The notes beneath the pieces were generated by a model, which was given only the letters and a program-made list of their open reading frames with translations, did no database searches and had not been told where the DNA came from. From Dysgonomonas sp. (lineage in GTDB: Bacteria > Bacteroidota > Bacteroidia > Bacteroidales > Dysgonomonadaceae): a stretch of 64,000 bases of DNA. The stretch is taken from NCBI GenBank assembly GCA_047606265.1, contig JASGEQ010000007.1:48941-112940 (forward strand), written 5' to 3'. The position numbers and the translations under genes are program-made. Positions 11,022 to 21,155 of this stretch are shown piece after piece. Every line of letters begins with the position of its first letter. Within the stretch, counting starts at the first letter, position 1.

Positions 11022-11786
11022 TTACAACCACTTTCTCACCTTTTTCTTTTCCATCAATGAATATACTTTCAGACAAAAAGGGAAAGCCCTGCCTATCGGA
11101 TAGAATAGTCGAAACATCATTGAAGGGAAAATCTGCTTTTTCCCTTTTTCTATTCCTTTAATTATTTTTCGGGCCACTGTAGAAGCTTCCTGAACAGGAA
11201 ATGGAAGAGGCGTTGATTTTTCACCTGTTGCTTTATCGAAAAACTCAGTACGAGTTGCCACAGGATATACTGTCGTGATCTGAATATTATCACTTTGTTC
11301 GTACCGGTATGTCTGCATAAAGTGATGCAATGCCGCTTTCGTAGAACAATAAAGCGAATATGCAGGCAAAGAAACCAGTCCGGCTCCTGAGGCGATACAA
11401 GCAAAAGCTACTTTATTCTCCCTATTCTCTGCAACTAATTTCTCCAACGAATAGATAGGAGAAAAAACATTCAAATTGTATATTCCTTCTATATGTTGCC
11501 AATCAGGCGTATCTAATTTTTCCAGGTATGCATATCCGGCATTGGCAATAAATATATCTACTCCCCCTAAAGTCTGCTTTGCATATTCAAAGACTTTATC
11601 TACCCCTTCTTTACAACTGACATCGGCAGAAAACGGATAAACGGTATCCTCTTTCTGAGGAATATTTTCTACATGGCGGGCTACAGCTACTATTTTAACT
11701 CCTTTGGCTACCAACAAGGATAGCATCTCCAGTCCTATACCCGAAGATGCACCTGTGAGTATTATATTTTTACCGGTCAGTTGCAT
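11022..11786 (-). CDS. SDR family oxidoreductase
   Basis: TGASSGIG, ANAG, YCSTK catalytic motif. Confidence 0.9.
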   Translation of the reverse strand: MQLTGKNIILTGASSGIGLEMLSLLVAKGVKIVAVARHVENIPQKEDTVYPFSADVSCKEGVDKVFEYAKQTLGGVDIFIANAGYAYLEKLDTPDWQHIEGIYNLNVFSPIYSLEKLVAENRENKVAFACIASGAGLVSLPAYSLYCSTKAALHHFMQTYRYEQSDNIQITTVYPVATRTEFFDKATGEKSTPLPFPVQEASTVARKIIKGIEKGKKQIFPSMMFRLFYPIGRAFPFCLKVYSLMEKKKVRKWL

Positions 11787-11822
11787 AAGCCCGTCACAGT
11801 TAGTGATTGATTAGATTAAGTA

Positions 11823-11830
11823 CAAATTTA
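11823..11830 (-). promoter_or_regulatory. Bacteroidetes -7 promoter box for the SDR gene
   Basis: TAAATTTG matches TAnnTTTG, 36 nt upstream of ATG; short hairpin plus U-run (11831-11849) just upstream. Confidence 0.55.
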
Positions 11831-11853
11831 AAGAAAAGCAGATTGCTTCAATG

Positions 11854-12960
11854 CTATACCTTTAAAAATATCTTGTGTTTATACATAAACCTTATAATCA
11901 GAAACAATATAATAAACTGCCCCAACGAAATAAAGAACGGGAATAACGCTTCTGAAAACTGTTCAATACCGCGCAGCAAAAGACCGGAGACCAGATCAAG
12001 CCCCATAACGGTATATAGTAAATAAGCAGCAATAGCATTTAGGCCTAAATATCTGAAAGCTTTGGTCCACCACGAATTTATCTTTAGCATATCTGTAATC
12101 CAATAGAAGAATGCCAAAAGAAGAAAACAGATACCACTACTGAATAAAACCATAGAAGGAGACCATATCTTTTTAATAATTGGCATTTGCAGGTGCAACA
12201 ATAAACCAGCTACAACTAAGGATAACCCAATAAGCATCAACATCTTAAGCTTCCGCTTAGGATCGGTATATTTGCCCATTACATATCCGGCACAATAACC
12301 GGAAAACACAGTTGCTCCAAATCCGAGGCTGCTCAGCATCCATGTATATTGAGTGCCATCTCTAAAGCCTCCCAGAAGCAAGTTATCAATATACATCGCT
12401 AAATTACCCTCCCGTGTTAAGACTCCACTTCCATATCCCGGAACAGGAACAAACATCAACAGAATCCAGTATAGCACCAACAATCCGCCGCCCCAAAGCA
12501 TCTGATTAGAAAGTTTCTTCGTATTAAGCACAATGAGAGCTGTAATAAGATACCCGGCAGCAATAGCATGAAGGGTGTTGCAATAAACATGAAATACGCC
12601 TAAATCCAAATCAAGCAAATTGCCTTGGACTATCCACCCCAAGAAGAATAATATAAAGAAACGTTTAAGAACCTTCTTATGCAACTGCAATGTTGTCAAC
12701 CCTTTCGACCTCTGCTTTTCGAAAGACAGAGGCATAGATAATCCAGACGTAAAAAGGAATAATGGCATAATAATATCCCAGGCTGTGAAGCCTATCCAGT
12801 CAGCATGCTCGAGTTGATACATTACAGACCCGGCAAAACCCGAATCAAACGTACCAATCAGCCGACGCAGGATATCGCCGGCTCCTACCAGAAAAAACAT
12901 GTCGAAGCCCCTTAAAACATCTATCGAGACTAACCGTTCTGATTTTATTTCTTGTTTCAT
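11854..12960 (-). CDS. DUF5009/NagX family heparan-alpha-glucosaminide N-acetyltransferase-like membrane protein
   Basis: RLVSIDVLRG, HADWIGFTAWDIIMPLFLF, PIIKKIWSPS motifs; many hydrophobic helices; ATG at 12960. Confidence 0.85.
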   Translation of the reverse strand: MKQEIKSERLVSIDVLRGFDMFFLVGAGDILRRLIGTFDSGFAGSVMYQLEHADWIGFTAWDIIMPLFLFTSGLSMPLSFEKQRSKGLTTLQLHKKVLKRFFILFFLGWIVQGNLLDLDLGVFHVYCNTLHAIAAGYLITALIVLNTKKLSNQMLWGGGLLVLYWILLMFVPVPGYGSGVLTREGNLAMYIDNLLLGGFRDGTQYTWMLSSLGFGATVFSGYCAGYVMGKYTDPKRKLKMLMLIGLSLVVAGLLLHLQMPIIKKIWSPSMVLFSSGICFLLLAFFYWITDMLKINSWWTKAFRYLGLNAIAAYLLYTVMGLDLVSGLLLRGIEQFSEALFPFFISLGQFIILFLIIRFMYKHKIFLKV

Positions 12961-12987
12961 TTTCAATGAATTTATAGTCTTTAATGT

Positions 12988-14571
12988 TTACTTAATCTTT
13001 TCAAACCAAGGCAAGCGTTCTAACGGAATATCTTTAAAGCTATATTCTTTTCCCCCTTTGTATGTTTTCCCTTCATCATCCCGCCATTGTCCTTTTGGAA
13101 GCTTTACTTTCCGGGTGTTATCTTTCGTCAGAACAGGAGCGACCAAGTATTTATCACCTAGCATAAACTGATCCCGGCAATCTTCGAATCCTTCGTCAGG
13201 GAAAGAGTATTCCATATAGCGAATTATCGGCTCACCTGTTTCAGATGCTATTTTTGCATAAGAAAGGATATAGTCGCCCAAAGCTTCATGGTGTTTTGCG
13301 AATTTGACACAGATGTCCAGATGCTTCTTATCCAATATCCTCCACGGTGCCACAGAAAATTGCATCATTGGCATCATTGCATGGATTTGACACGATCTTA
13401 CAATTAATTGCTGATCGAAACTATCAGAATCCACATTAAGAAAACTGGAATACTCCCCTCCACCAATCATATCCGGACAGCTATAGGCATGTCCTAAAAG
13501 CCCGGCAGCAAGTATATCAGGAATCAGTAGTTGTATATCACCCCAAGAATAGGTCTTATCGTGCAAACGTTGTACAAGAGCCTGGCCACCCATTTTCCAG
13601 CAAGCACGATATTCATTATAAGGGAACTCCAAGCCCATCTTTGCCCAAAGTTCACTTTGATAAGCTCCATAAGATTTTCCGTCATAAACATCGATATCTT
13701 CCTCTCTATACATTTTAGCGTCTCCTGCATCGAATTTGAACCCATCGACCTTATATTCTTCAGTGAGATTTTTAAGCGTTAAAAGCAGATAGTTATAAGC
13801 CTCCGGATTGCTCAGGTCATAGCAGGCACTATAGCCATTCCACCAATGTATTATCGCAGGTTCGTCAGATCCCTTCTTTTTAATCAGATACCCTTTACTT
13901 TTTAAATAACGGAACTCTCTGCTATCGGGACTAACGAATGGGCATATCCACAGCATTACTTTAAAGCCCATAGCATGAAGCTCGCTCATAAGAGCTTTAG
14001 GCTCAGGAAAGGTTTCCTTTTTAAATTCAAAATTTCCGTAATACTTTTGCCAGTTGTCATCTATCATCAAAATACCCGAAGGCATTCCGTTGGCTATGAT
14101 ATTTTTGGCATAATCGAGAACTCCCGCCTGACTCTGGTCGTACATTAGCTCTATCCATGTATTATATTGGGGCTTATTGAACAAAATATGAGGGGGTACT
14201 TCTCCGGATGGATTAAAATGGGCTTTACAAGCAGCCAGATATGTTTCTCTCAACGTATTTCCGGCAATAGTCACTTTAACCTGTTCTTCAGAAGATGTTA
14301 TATGTATTTTGTTATCCTTAAATTGATATACGAAAGGGGCATCACTCCAAATATAGCGTCCCTTATTAGATACCAGAAACGGTGAAGCCTGATTATCAAA
14401 ATTATCATTCCTCAAATCGATAAGAGGACTGGTAATATAAGGCATATAGCTGCCCTGTTTCGTTGCTCCTCCCCACCATTTTTCGTCAGGCAATATGTCG
14501 ATATTGGAAATATATTGAGCATTAAGGTTTATAGATAAAAAGATTAAGATAAAAAAGAGAATTTTCTTCAT
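12988..14571 (-). CDS. GH31 glycoside hydrolase, MYORG/alpha-galactosidase-like
   Basis: PQYNTW, MIDDNWQ, nucleophile FKFDAGD, RLHDK, CPDMIGGG; signal peptide. Confidence 0.85.
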   Translation of the reverse strand: MKKILFFILIFLSINLNAQYISNIDILPDEKWWGGATKQGSYMPYITSPLIDLRNDNFDNQASPFLVSNKGRYIWSDAPFVYQFKDNKIHITSSEEQVKVTIAGNTLRETYLAACKAHFNPSGEVPPHILFNKPQYNTWIELMYDQSQAGVLDYAKNIIANGMPSGILMIDDNWQKYYGNFEFKKETFPEPKALMSELHAMGFKVMLWICPFVSPDSREFRYLKSKGYLIKKKGSDEPAIIHWWNGYSACYDLSNPEAYNYLLLTLKNLTEEYKVDGFKFDAGDAKMYREEDIDVYDGKSYGAYQSELWAKMGLEFPYNEYRACWKMGGQALVQRLHDKTYSWGDIQLLIPDILAAGLLGHAYSCPDMIGGGEYSSFLNVDSDSFDQQLIVRSCQIHAMMPMMQFSVAPWRILDKKHLDICVKFAKHHEALGDYILSYAKIASETGEPIIRYMEYSFPDEGFEDCRDQFMLGDKYLVAPVLTKDNTRKVKLPKGQWRDDEGKTYKGGKEYSFKDIPLERLPWFEKIK

Positions 14572-14586
14572 AGTAATTTTTATTTA

Positions 14587-17500
14587 TCAGTTATGTTTGT
14601 TTTTAAAATCTGAAGGAGATACCCCAAACTGAGCTTTAAATGCCTTGGTGAAATAAGATGGACTTTCTATCCCTACACTGAAAACTACCTCCGTGACGGT
14701 CTTATTCGTCGTACTTAAAAGGTTGGCAGCTCTATCCAGACGGAGTTTTAAGATATACTGCCCCAAAGTCATTTCGGTTATATCCTTTATTGTACTATAT
14801 AATTTTGTTCTATTCAGCCCAATTTCCGAGCATAAGAAATCGACTGAAAAATTGGGATTTGAAAGATTCTTCTCGACTAAATCTACAAATCTCGTAAAAA
14901 GATTATAGGTTTCCTCATCTTTCAATTTCTGCTTTATTCCTTGTTGTAAATGGTTATTATCTTTATTCAATTCTTGTATTTGCTTTGTTTTCTTGAGCAA
15001 ATTTTTTACTGTTGCCTTTACAATCCTTAGGTCGAAAGGCTTCGAGATATAAGCATCTGCTCCACTCTCTATCCCTTCTATCTGGTTTTCAGGCATAGCT
15101 TTTGCGGTAAGCATCACAATAGGAATCAGACAAGTTTGTAAATTGTTCTTCAATCTGGCGCAGAGTTCAATACCGTCTATTTTAGGCATCATTACGTCTG
15201 TAATAATAAGATCGGGATAATGTGAATTAGTCATTAACAGGGCCTCTTCTCCATCGGTAGCTGTAAGAATGTTATAATCACTCTTTAATACAGATCTGAG
15301 TACCATCAGTATTTCCTTATTGTCATCTACCAACAGTATCGTCGGCCTACTGCCGTCTATTATACTTACTTCTTCCCCTTTATTTAAATCTTCGTATTCG
15401 ATTGAGATATTATATAAATACTTTTCCAGATCGAATTTACTGGTCTCTGATTTATTTACATCTTTGAGGTAAGAATCATCTAACGGAATTCCAATAACAA
15501 ACTCAGTTCCCTTTCCCAGTTCGCTGCTTATAACCAGCCCCCCATGATGTACCCGCATTATGGATTTAACCAATGCCAAGCCAATGCCGGAACCTTTATT
15601 TGATTGATTATTTATCTGAAAAAAACGCTCGAATATAAGAGAAAGAAATCGTGAATCTATCCCAACTCCATTATCCTGAACTTTAATTATCAAATGCTTA
15701 TCACCATACAGATTATCGAGATATGAATATGACTCTTTAAAAAACAGATCAGTCTTTTTTAAATTACCTGCCGAGACAGATATATTTATTATTGCATCCT
15801 CTTGTTTCGAATTTTTAATACTATTCGATATTATATTAGAAATCACCTTACTCAGATGTTCTTCATCCAACCATAGACTGATCTCCTCCTGTGGAATTTG
15901 TGTTTGCATTTTAATCCCTTTCATATGTGCCCATCCCGAAAATTCTTCGAATATCTGATTAAAATATTCTGTCGAAGACACATACGTTGCATTCAGTTTA
16001 ATTCCATTGATATCGAATCGATGAAAATCCAACAATTCATTTATAAGCTTAAGTAATTTATTACTGTTCTTCTTAATCAGACCAAAAAACTTATCTTCTT
16101 TTACTTCCGTATCCGATTCTTCAATTTCAGCAACCCCGGTATTAATCAGTGTAAGAGGGGTTCGAAACTCATGGGCAACATCTGTAAAGAAATTTATCTT
16201 CATTTGCATAATTTCTTCGTTCTGTTCCTCACGTTTCTTTTGTAACTCTATCGTTTGCTTCATTTGCAACCATTTAATCAATGATCTGCTTATGAAGTAG
16301 ACGAGTGTAATAAAAAGAATACAATATATTGTGACTGCCCACCACGACAGCCAAAACGGAGGAAGTATCGTTATGTCTATTTTAGACACTTCCTCATCCC
16401 AATCTTTCCATCCCCGCGAATTAACAATCAGAGTATATTTTCCATAAGGGACTTTATGATAAGAGACTTTCAACTCTTCTCCCATTTCGATATATCTCCA
16501 ATCCTGATCATATCCCTCCAACTTATACCTATACCTTATATGTTTGCCCTTTTTATAAAGCAATGGAGAAAAATCTATGGAGAAGTTATTATTATTGTGT
16601 TTCAAGGTTATATGCGTGGAGTATTCAATATCGGAATCGATCAGTTTTCCGGCAATATACATCCTTGAAAAAGAAACAGAAGGAGGAATAGCCTCGCCTA
16701 TATTGTTTTGGGGAGTGAAATAATTTACACCTTCAGCCCCACCGAAATATAAATTAGCATCGGGATCTTTACACGAAGACGATGTACCAAACATATAACT
16801 TTGAAGCCCATCACTTACATCGAATGTGTTAAATCTTTTCGAACCCGGATTGAAACAAGTAAGCGAGTATCCTCCACACCATACATTACCATATCTATCA
16901 ATTTCCACACTTTCTATATCATTCGATGGTGCTCCGGATTCCACTCCAAAATATTCAGCTTTGTAGTCATACTTACCATTCGAATCCCTAAATATTACTT
17001 TATTCAACCCGCTTCCAAGCGAACCGACCCAATATATAGAGTCGTTTTCTTTATCGACCGGCCAAAGATAGTCTCCACTTAAACTTCCTTCTTTTCCTTG
17101 TTTGGACTTATAATGGATAATATCCTTAATATCACCTGCTTCGTTAAATAATACCCTGTTGATTCCCGATGCAGAAGTAATTATCAGCTCATTCTTCTCC
17201 AAATCAGAATATATGCTATGCAAAAGGTTTGTGGACAAGGGTTTTGATGACGAAGCAGTTACCGACAAGAGTTTCTTATAACTATTCCCATAGGATTCGA
17301 AACAATCAAGACCATCCGCAGTAGCAGCCCACATCCGGTTATATTTATCAAAAGCCAAACAGAAGATGTAATTTGAAGCTAATAGTTTCCCTCCTGTTTT
17401 TTTCGTTTTTTTATCGATAATGACAATATCGCTGGAAACTGCTGCAAATATATTTCTACTATCCGATATCATGCTCGTTACAGATGGGATCAGACTCTTT

Positions 17501-18684
17501 TCATATAAAAAGAGATCAACTTCCTTCGTTTTTGTGTTGAACCGGCTAATACCACCATGCTTAGTTCCGAGATAGACATAACCATCGTCATAATGAAGGC
17601 AACTAATAAACTCGGATTTTAACTTTGTTGCCGAAGTCTCCGGATTATATTTTATGAGTTTGAAAAAGTTTGCCTCATTGTTAGTATATGACAATCCGCT
17701 ATCCCAGCTGGGAATCCATATATTTTTATGATTATCGATATATATATTATTGATATCGTTACTAATAGATCTTTTATCCCACGGTATATTACTATACTTT
17801 ACATAACTTTCCCCATCTTTCCTCAGTCTCAATAGGCCATCATTAGTAACTATCCAAACATATTCTTTATCTATATAGAATGTGGATATATTATATTCAC
17901 TAAACGGAATCTCTTTTTCCAAAACAATATTGAGATCCCCATTCAGCAAATATTTTTGAAGTTTATTCGAAGTGCAAACCCAGATTCTGTTATCATTCAT
18001 GCTCATTTCCTGAATCCATGGGTCTAAATTCTCAACTACATAACCGCCAAAAACCACTTCAGCCATACTATTATTGAAATAGTACGAAAGTTTTTCTTTA
18101 CCAAAAATATAAATGTTCCCCTTCTCGTCATATACAAGTTTCGGCTTACCCTTCAAAGACTTAAACTCCTTTTCTTTACCTATATTTCTAGGTTTTAACA
18201 ACAATTCTTCCCCTTTATCAACTTCGACTAATCTCACTGTATTTTGTCGTGAAATCAACCACAGTCTATTATCATGATCCGTCTTTATATCATTCACCTG
18301 TGAATAAAAAGTCCGTTCTCCATCGGTTGATTTAAAATCAATATATTTCTTCGAATGAATATCGAAGCATACAAGGCCCGCTTCGGTAGCCATAAATAAA
18401 ATATTTTTAATGATCTCGATAGAATATATCCTATTATTGTAAACCGAATTTATATCGTTGGAGCCATATTTATACGAATCGAGTTTATACCCATCATATC
18501 TATTCAACCCCCTATGAGTTCCTATCCATATATAACCGAGAGAATCCTGCCTTACACTTGTAACATTGTTATGTAGCAAGCCATCGTTACGGGTAAGATG
18601 GCTGAATGAAAGCTCCGGATTATTCTGACTCAAAATAATCCCAAAAAACAATAATGATACAAATGTCAATATAAATCTTCTCAC
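14587..18684 (-). CDS. Hybrid two-component system (beta-propeller sensor, Y_Y_Y, HisKA, HATPase, REC, AraC)
   Basis: FFTDVAHEFRTPLTLI, DNGVGI, GSGIGLA, PDLIITDVMMP, ESPSYFTKAFKAQFGVSP; GTG start. Confidence 0.96.
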   Translation of the reverse strand: MRRFILTFVSLLFFGIILSQNNPELSFSHLTRNDGLLHNNVTSVRQDSLGYIWIGTHRGLNRYDGYKLDSYKYGSNDINSVYNNRIYSIEIIKNILFMATEAGLVCFDIHSKKYIDFKSTDGERTFYSQVNDIKTDHDNRLWLISRQNTVRLVEVDKGEELLLKPRNIGKEKEFKSLKGKPKLVYDEKGNIYIFGKEKLSYYFNNSMAEVVFGGYVVENLDPWIQEMSMNDNRIWVCTSNKLQKYLLNGDLNIVLEKEIPFSEYNISTFYIDKEYVWIVTNDGLLRLRKDGESYVKYSNIPWDKRSISNDINNIYIDNHKNIWIPSWDSGLSYTNNEANFFKLIKYNPETSATKLKSEFISCLHYDDGYVYLGTKHGGISRFNTKTKEVDLFLYEKSLIPSVTSMISDSRNIFAAVSSDIVIIDKKTKKTGGKLLASNYIFCLAFDKYNRMWAATADGLDCFESYGNSYKKLLSVTASSSKPLSTNLLHSIYSDLEKNELIITSASGINRVLFNEAGDIKDIIHYKSKQGKEGSLSGDYLWPVDKENDSIYWVGSLGSGLNKVIFRDSNGKYDYKAEYFGVESGAPSNDIESVEIDRYGNVWCGGYSLTCFNPGSKRFNTFDVSDGLQSYMFGTSSSCKDPDANLYFGGAEGVNYFTPQNNIGEAIPPSVSFSRMYIAGKLIDSDIEYSTHITLKHNNNNFSIDFSPLLYKKGKHIRYRYKLEGYDQDWRYIEMGEELKVSYHKVPYGKYTLIVNSRGWKDWDEEVSKIDITILPPFWLSWWAVTIYCILFITLVYFISRSLIKWLQMKQTIELQKKREEQNEEIMQMKINFFTDVAHEFRTPLTLINTGVAEIEESDTEVKEDKFFGLIKKNSNKLLKLINELLDFHRFDINGIKLNATYVSSTEYFNQIFEEFSGWAHMKGIKMQTQIPQEEISLWLDEEHLSKVISNIISNSIKNSKQEDAIINISVSAGNLKKTDLFFKESYSYLDNLYGDKHLIIKVQDNGVGIDSRFLSLIFERFFQINNQSNKGSGIGLALVKSIMRVHHGGLVISSELGKGTEFVIGIPLDDSYLKDVNKSETSKFDLEKYLYNISIEYEDLNKGEEVSIIDGSRPTILLVDDNKEILMVLRSVLKSDYNILTATDGEEALLMTNSHYPDLIITDVMMPKIDGIELCARLKNNLQTCLIPIVMLTAKAMPENQIEGIESGADAYISKPFDLRIVKATVKNLLKKTKQIQELNKDNNHLQQGIKQKLKDEETYNLFTRFVDLVEKNLSNPNFSVDFLCSEIGLNRTKLYSTIKDITEMTLGQYILKLRLDRAANLLSTTNKTVTEVVFSVGIESPSYFTKAFKAQFGVSPSDFKNKHN

Positions 18685-18699
18685 GGTATATCTTATTTA

Positions 18700-18727
18700 A
18701 GAGGATGCTCAAATATAAGCATCCTCT
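18700..18727 (-). promoter_or_regulatory. Perfect 10-bp inverted repeat whose 8-nt loop is a -7 promoter box (HTCS promoter candidate)
   Basis: AGAGGATGCT-[TATATTTG]-AGCATCCTCT on the minus strand, ending 15 nt before the HTCS start. Confidence 0.55.
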
Positions 18728-18738
18728 CCAATAAAAAA

Positions 18739-20178
18739 CTAAAATGCTGTCAATACATTAGATGAATATGCGTCTCCTTTCGATCCGGATATTGTTACTG
18801 TATGTATTTTATTATATCCTGTAGCAGCATCCCACATACCGAGATTTGCTAATTGGATGCTAAATTGAGCCTTACCGGACAGTATAGATTTAGGGTCCGG
18901 CAGATTTAGGTAAATATCGTATTCGCCATGCTTTATATTTGCCGGAATACCCAGTTTTATAGCAACTTCTTTTTCTTCCTGCGGATACCACAAACGAGGG
19001 TCTGTGTCAACAGCGGCTTTATATCTTTCAGCACTGTTTGCTTTAGAGACAAATATAACCTCCACGTCTCTGGGATTAACAGGTGAAGCCCAACCCATGT
19101 TCTTTAGTTTTAAATCCATTTCAAAAGCATCGCCCGCACCTGCTTCATTTGTATATTTACCATGAGTAAGAACAAATCTGTAACCCAGACGTTTTTTAAT
19201 TTCATTTATACATCCACTTACAACCCAGTCATTGATCACACTCGCATGATAATCGATATTGATATACGACCAATGATATCTTTCAAACTCCTGCAATGCG
19301 TTGAAGCATTCCGAATAAGAAGAAGGCTGGCAGGTTTCTCCTCCCATTACCAGATAACGGGTCTCGTATTGCCAAAAACGCTTGTAGTCCCTGTTTGCTC
19401 CACTGTATGTTCCTCTGTCATCATTATCCGCCAGAAAACAGTCGTTATGACCTCCTAAGCGGGACATTTTGCTTCCATTAAATGCTGTAGCGGCAGTTAC
19501 AGTATCAGCTGCAGTAATATCATATGCCATGATTTTCGCACCCGGTGTACGAATACCAATCATACGTTCCTGAGGAAGAGCATCGAATAAAGCTTCCAAC
19601 ACATTTTTACGAGGAATGTAATCTTCGACTGTTTGGGGTTGGAAATTATAATGGTCCGTATAGTACCACTCACCCCAGGCTCCGACAAAACCTGCCTGAA
19701 GAACATATATAACATCAACATATTCTTGAAAAATAGGTTTCAGTTGAGCAATATGCTGTTGCGTCAAATTCCAAGGAGCGTCTAAAGCCGCACTATTTTG
19801 GTCATAAGAATAAGCAAATCTCAGAACAGACTTACATCCTCCTGCCCTTAATGCTTCCATATTCGACTTAATGACCTGTAAATAGTCATTCGAAATAACT
19901 TTATCTACAAAATCGGGCATATAATAAACCGTATAGATAAGACTATACCCCTCATCATAGATATCTTTAACGGCATCCGCCGTGAGAGGTGCCGCTCTAC
20001 CCGAAACAAATTCACGATAGGTATAAAACCCTCTTTCCGGATTCGTTATAATGTTGCCGCTCTCTATATAATATTTCTCGACATACTGATCTTTAGAGCC
20101 ATCGTTGGATTCATCATCACTACACGACAATCCTAAAAATAGTAACGAAAAACAAACTAAAATATTCATTATCTTCAT
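18739..20178 (-). CDS. DUF4874/DUF4832 lipoprotein, putative TIM-barrel glycoside hydrolase
   Basis: Lipobox LGLSC; NPERGFY, GFVGAWGEW, HNDCFLA, MGGET, RLGYRFVL motifs. Confidence 0.8.
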   Translation of the reverse strand: MKIMNILVCFSLLFLGLSCSDDESNDGSKDQYVEKYYIESGNIITNPERGFYTYREFVSGRAAPLTADAVKDIYDEGYSLIYTVYYMPDFVDKVISNDYLQVIKSNMEALRAGGCKSVLRFAYSYDQNSAALDAPWNLTQQHIAQLKPIFQEYVDVIYVLQAGFVGAWGEWYYTDHYNFQPQTVEDYIPRKNVLEALFDALPQERMIGIRTPGAKIMAYDITAADTVTAATAFNGSKMSRLGGHNDCFLADNDDRGTYSGANRDYKRFWQYETRYLVMGGETCQPSSYSECFNALQEFERYHWSYINIDYHASVINDWVVSGCINEIKKRLGYRFVLTHGKYTNEAGAGDAFEMDLKLKNMGWASPVNPRDVEVIFVSKANSAERYKAAVDTDPRLWYPQEEKEVAIKLGIPANIKHGEYDIYLNLPDPKSILSGKAQFSIQLANLGMWDAATGYNKIHTVTISGSKGDAYSSNVLTAF

Positions 20179-20188
20179 GTCAATCAAT

Positions 20189-21127
20189 TTAAGGTAGTTT
20201 TACAGTCATCGCGTTATTTAGGCTACCATCTTCGAGTTTCGACGGAAGTAATCCGGATGATGCCCAATTAGCATCCATAGCACTTACGCCCATCTTGACT
20301 GTTCTGCCCAATTCAGGAACATAAGAACGGATAATTCTACCTTCTACCTCGACTATATTATTTTCTCCTGCCACAAATTTAGAAATTTCTATTGCCTTCG
20401 ATGCAGGTTTATAACGTTCTATCCAAGCCCACTCAGTCCCTCCTTTTCCATTAGCGTCGTCATATTCAAAAACAGTAGGAGCCAGATCATCGCTTTTTGC
20501 TGCTTCCAATAAAAATTCAGAACCGATGTTAGTCCAATACCATCCCAAGAAACCTGTTTCATTGGAATTATCTTTGTCTATATAAAATTGGATTACATTA
20601 AACTTCGTAGCGTCAGCCTTAACATAGAAGAATACATAATTATCATTTCCACAAAGTTTCACCTGTTTCAATGCAACTAAGTCCGTTACATATGAAGCTA
20701 CCGAAGAGCTTGCCAACATGGAAGCCGGTACTGCCGCCCAGTCGCTAAAGTCTCCATCCAAAGTAATATTCACATCTTCCGGATCTGTAGTACTTCCATC
20801 CGATAGATCAACAGACATTTTCTTCGAACTTGTTTTACCCCTTTCTCCTCTGATAGTCAATTCAACCGAATATTTTTTATTCGCTTTGAAGAAATGCGTC
20901 GGATTTTGTTCTGTAGAGGTTTCACCATCTCCAAAAGTCCAGTAATAGCTGTCTGCATTTTCCGATTTGTCTGTAAATACAACCTTTTTTTCAAAAGCTT
21001 CGTAAGAGAAATTAGCAACAGGCAAATAAAGAGCTATTTGTGCCGGCTCGTCTTCAGAACAAGAAGATATAATCAGTGATATAAAGATCAATAAGATTGA
21101 TTTCGATATTAAAACGATATTTTTCAT
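20189..21127 (-). CDS. PKD-domain surface lipoprotein with CBM9/DOMON-like C-terminal domain (probable glycan-binding protein)
   Basis: Lipobox IISSC; PKD motif YYWTFGDGETSTEQNPTH; ITLDGDFSDW; ATG at 21127. Confidence 0.75.
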   Translation of the reverse strand: MKNIVLISKSILLIFISLIISSCSEDEPAQIALYLPVANFSYEAFEKKVVFTDKSENADSYYWTFGDGETSTEQNPTHFFKANKKYSVELTIRGERGKTSSKKMSVDLSDGSTTDPEDVNITLDGDFSDWAAVPASMLASSSVASYVTDLVALKQVKLCGNDNYVFFYVKADATKFNVIQFYIDKDNSNETGFLGWYWTNIGSEFLLEAAKSDDLAPTVFEYDDANGKGGTEWAWIERYKPASKAIEISKFVAGENNIVEVEGRIIRSYVPELGRTVKMGVSAMDANWASSGLLPSKLEDGSLNNAMTVKLP

Positions 21128-21155
21128 AACTATAAAGTATTTTAAGGATTTTAAT

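Noticed and set aside
11022-11786. SDR as a member of the unknown-glycan PUL
   Set aside because: It has its own TAAATTTG box and a hairpin with a U-run separates it from the acetyltransferase gene, so it is probably an independent unit
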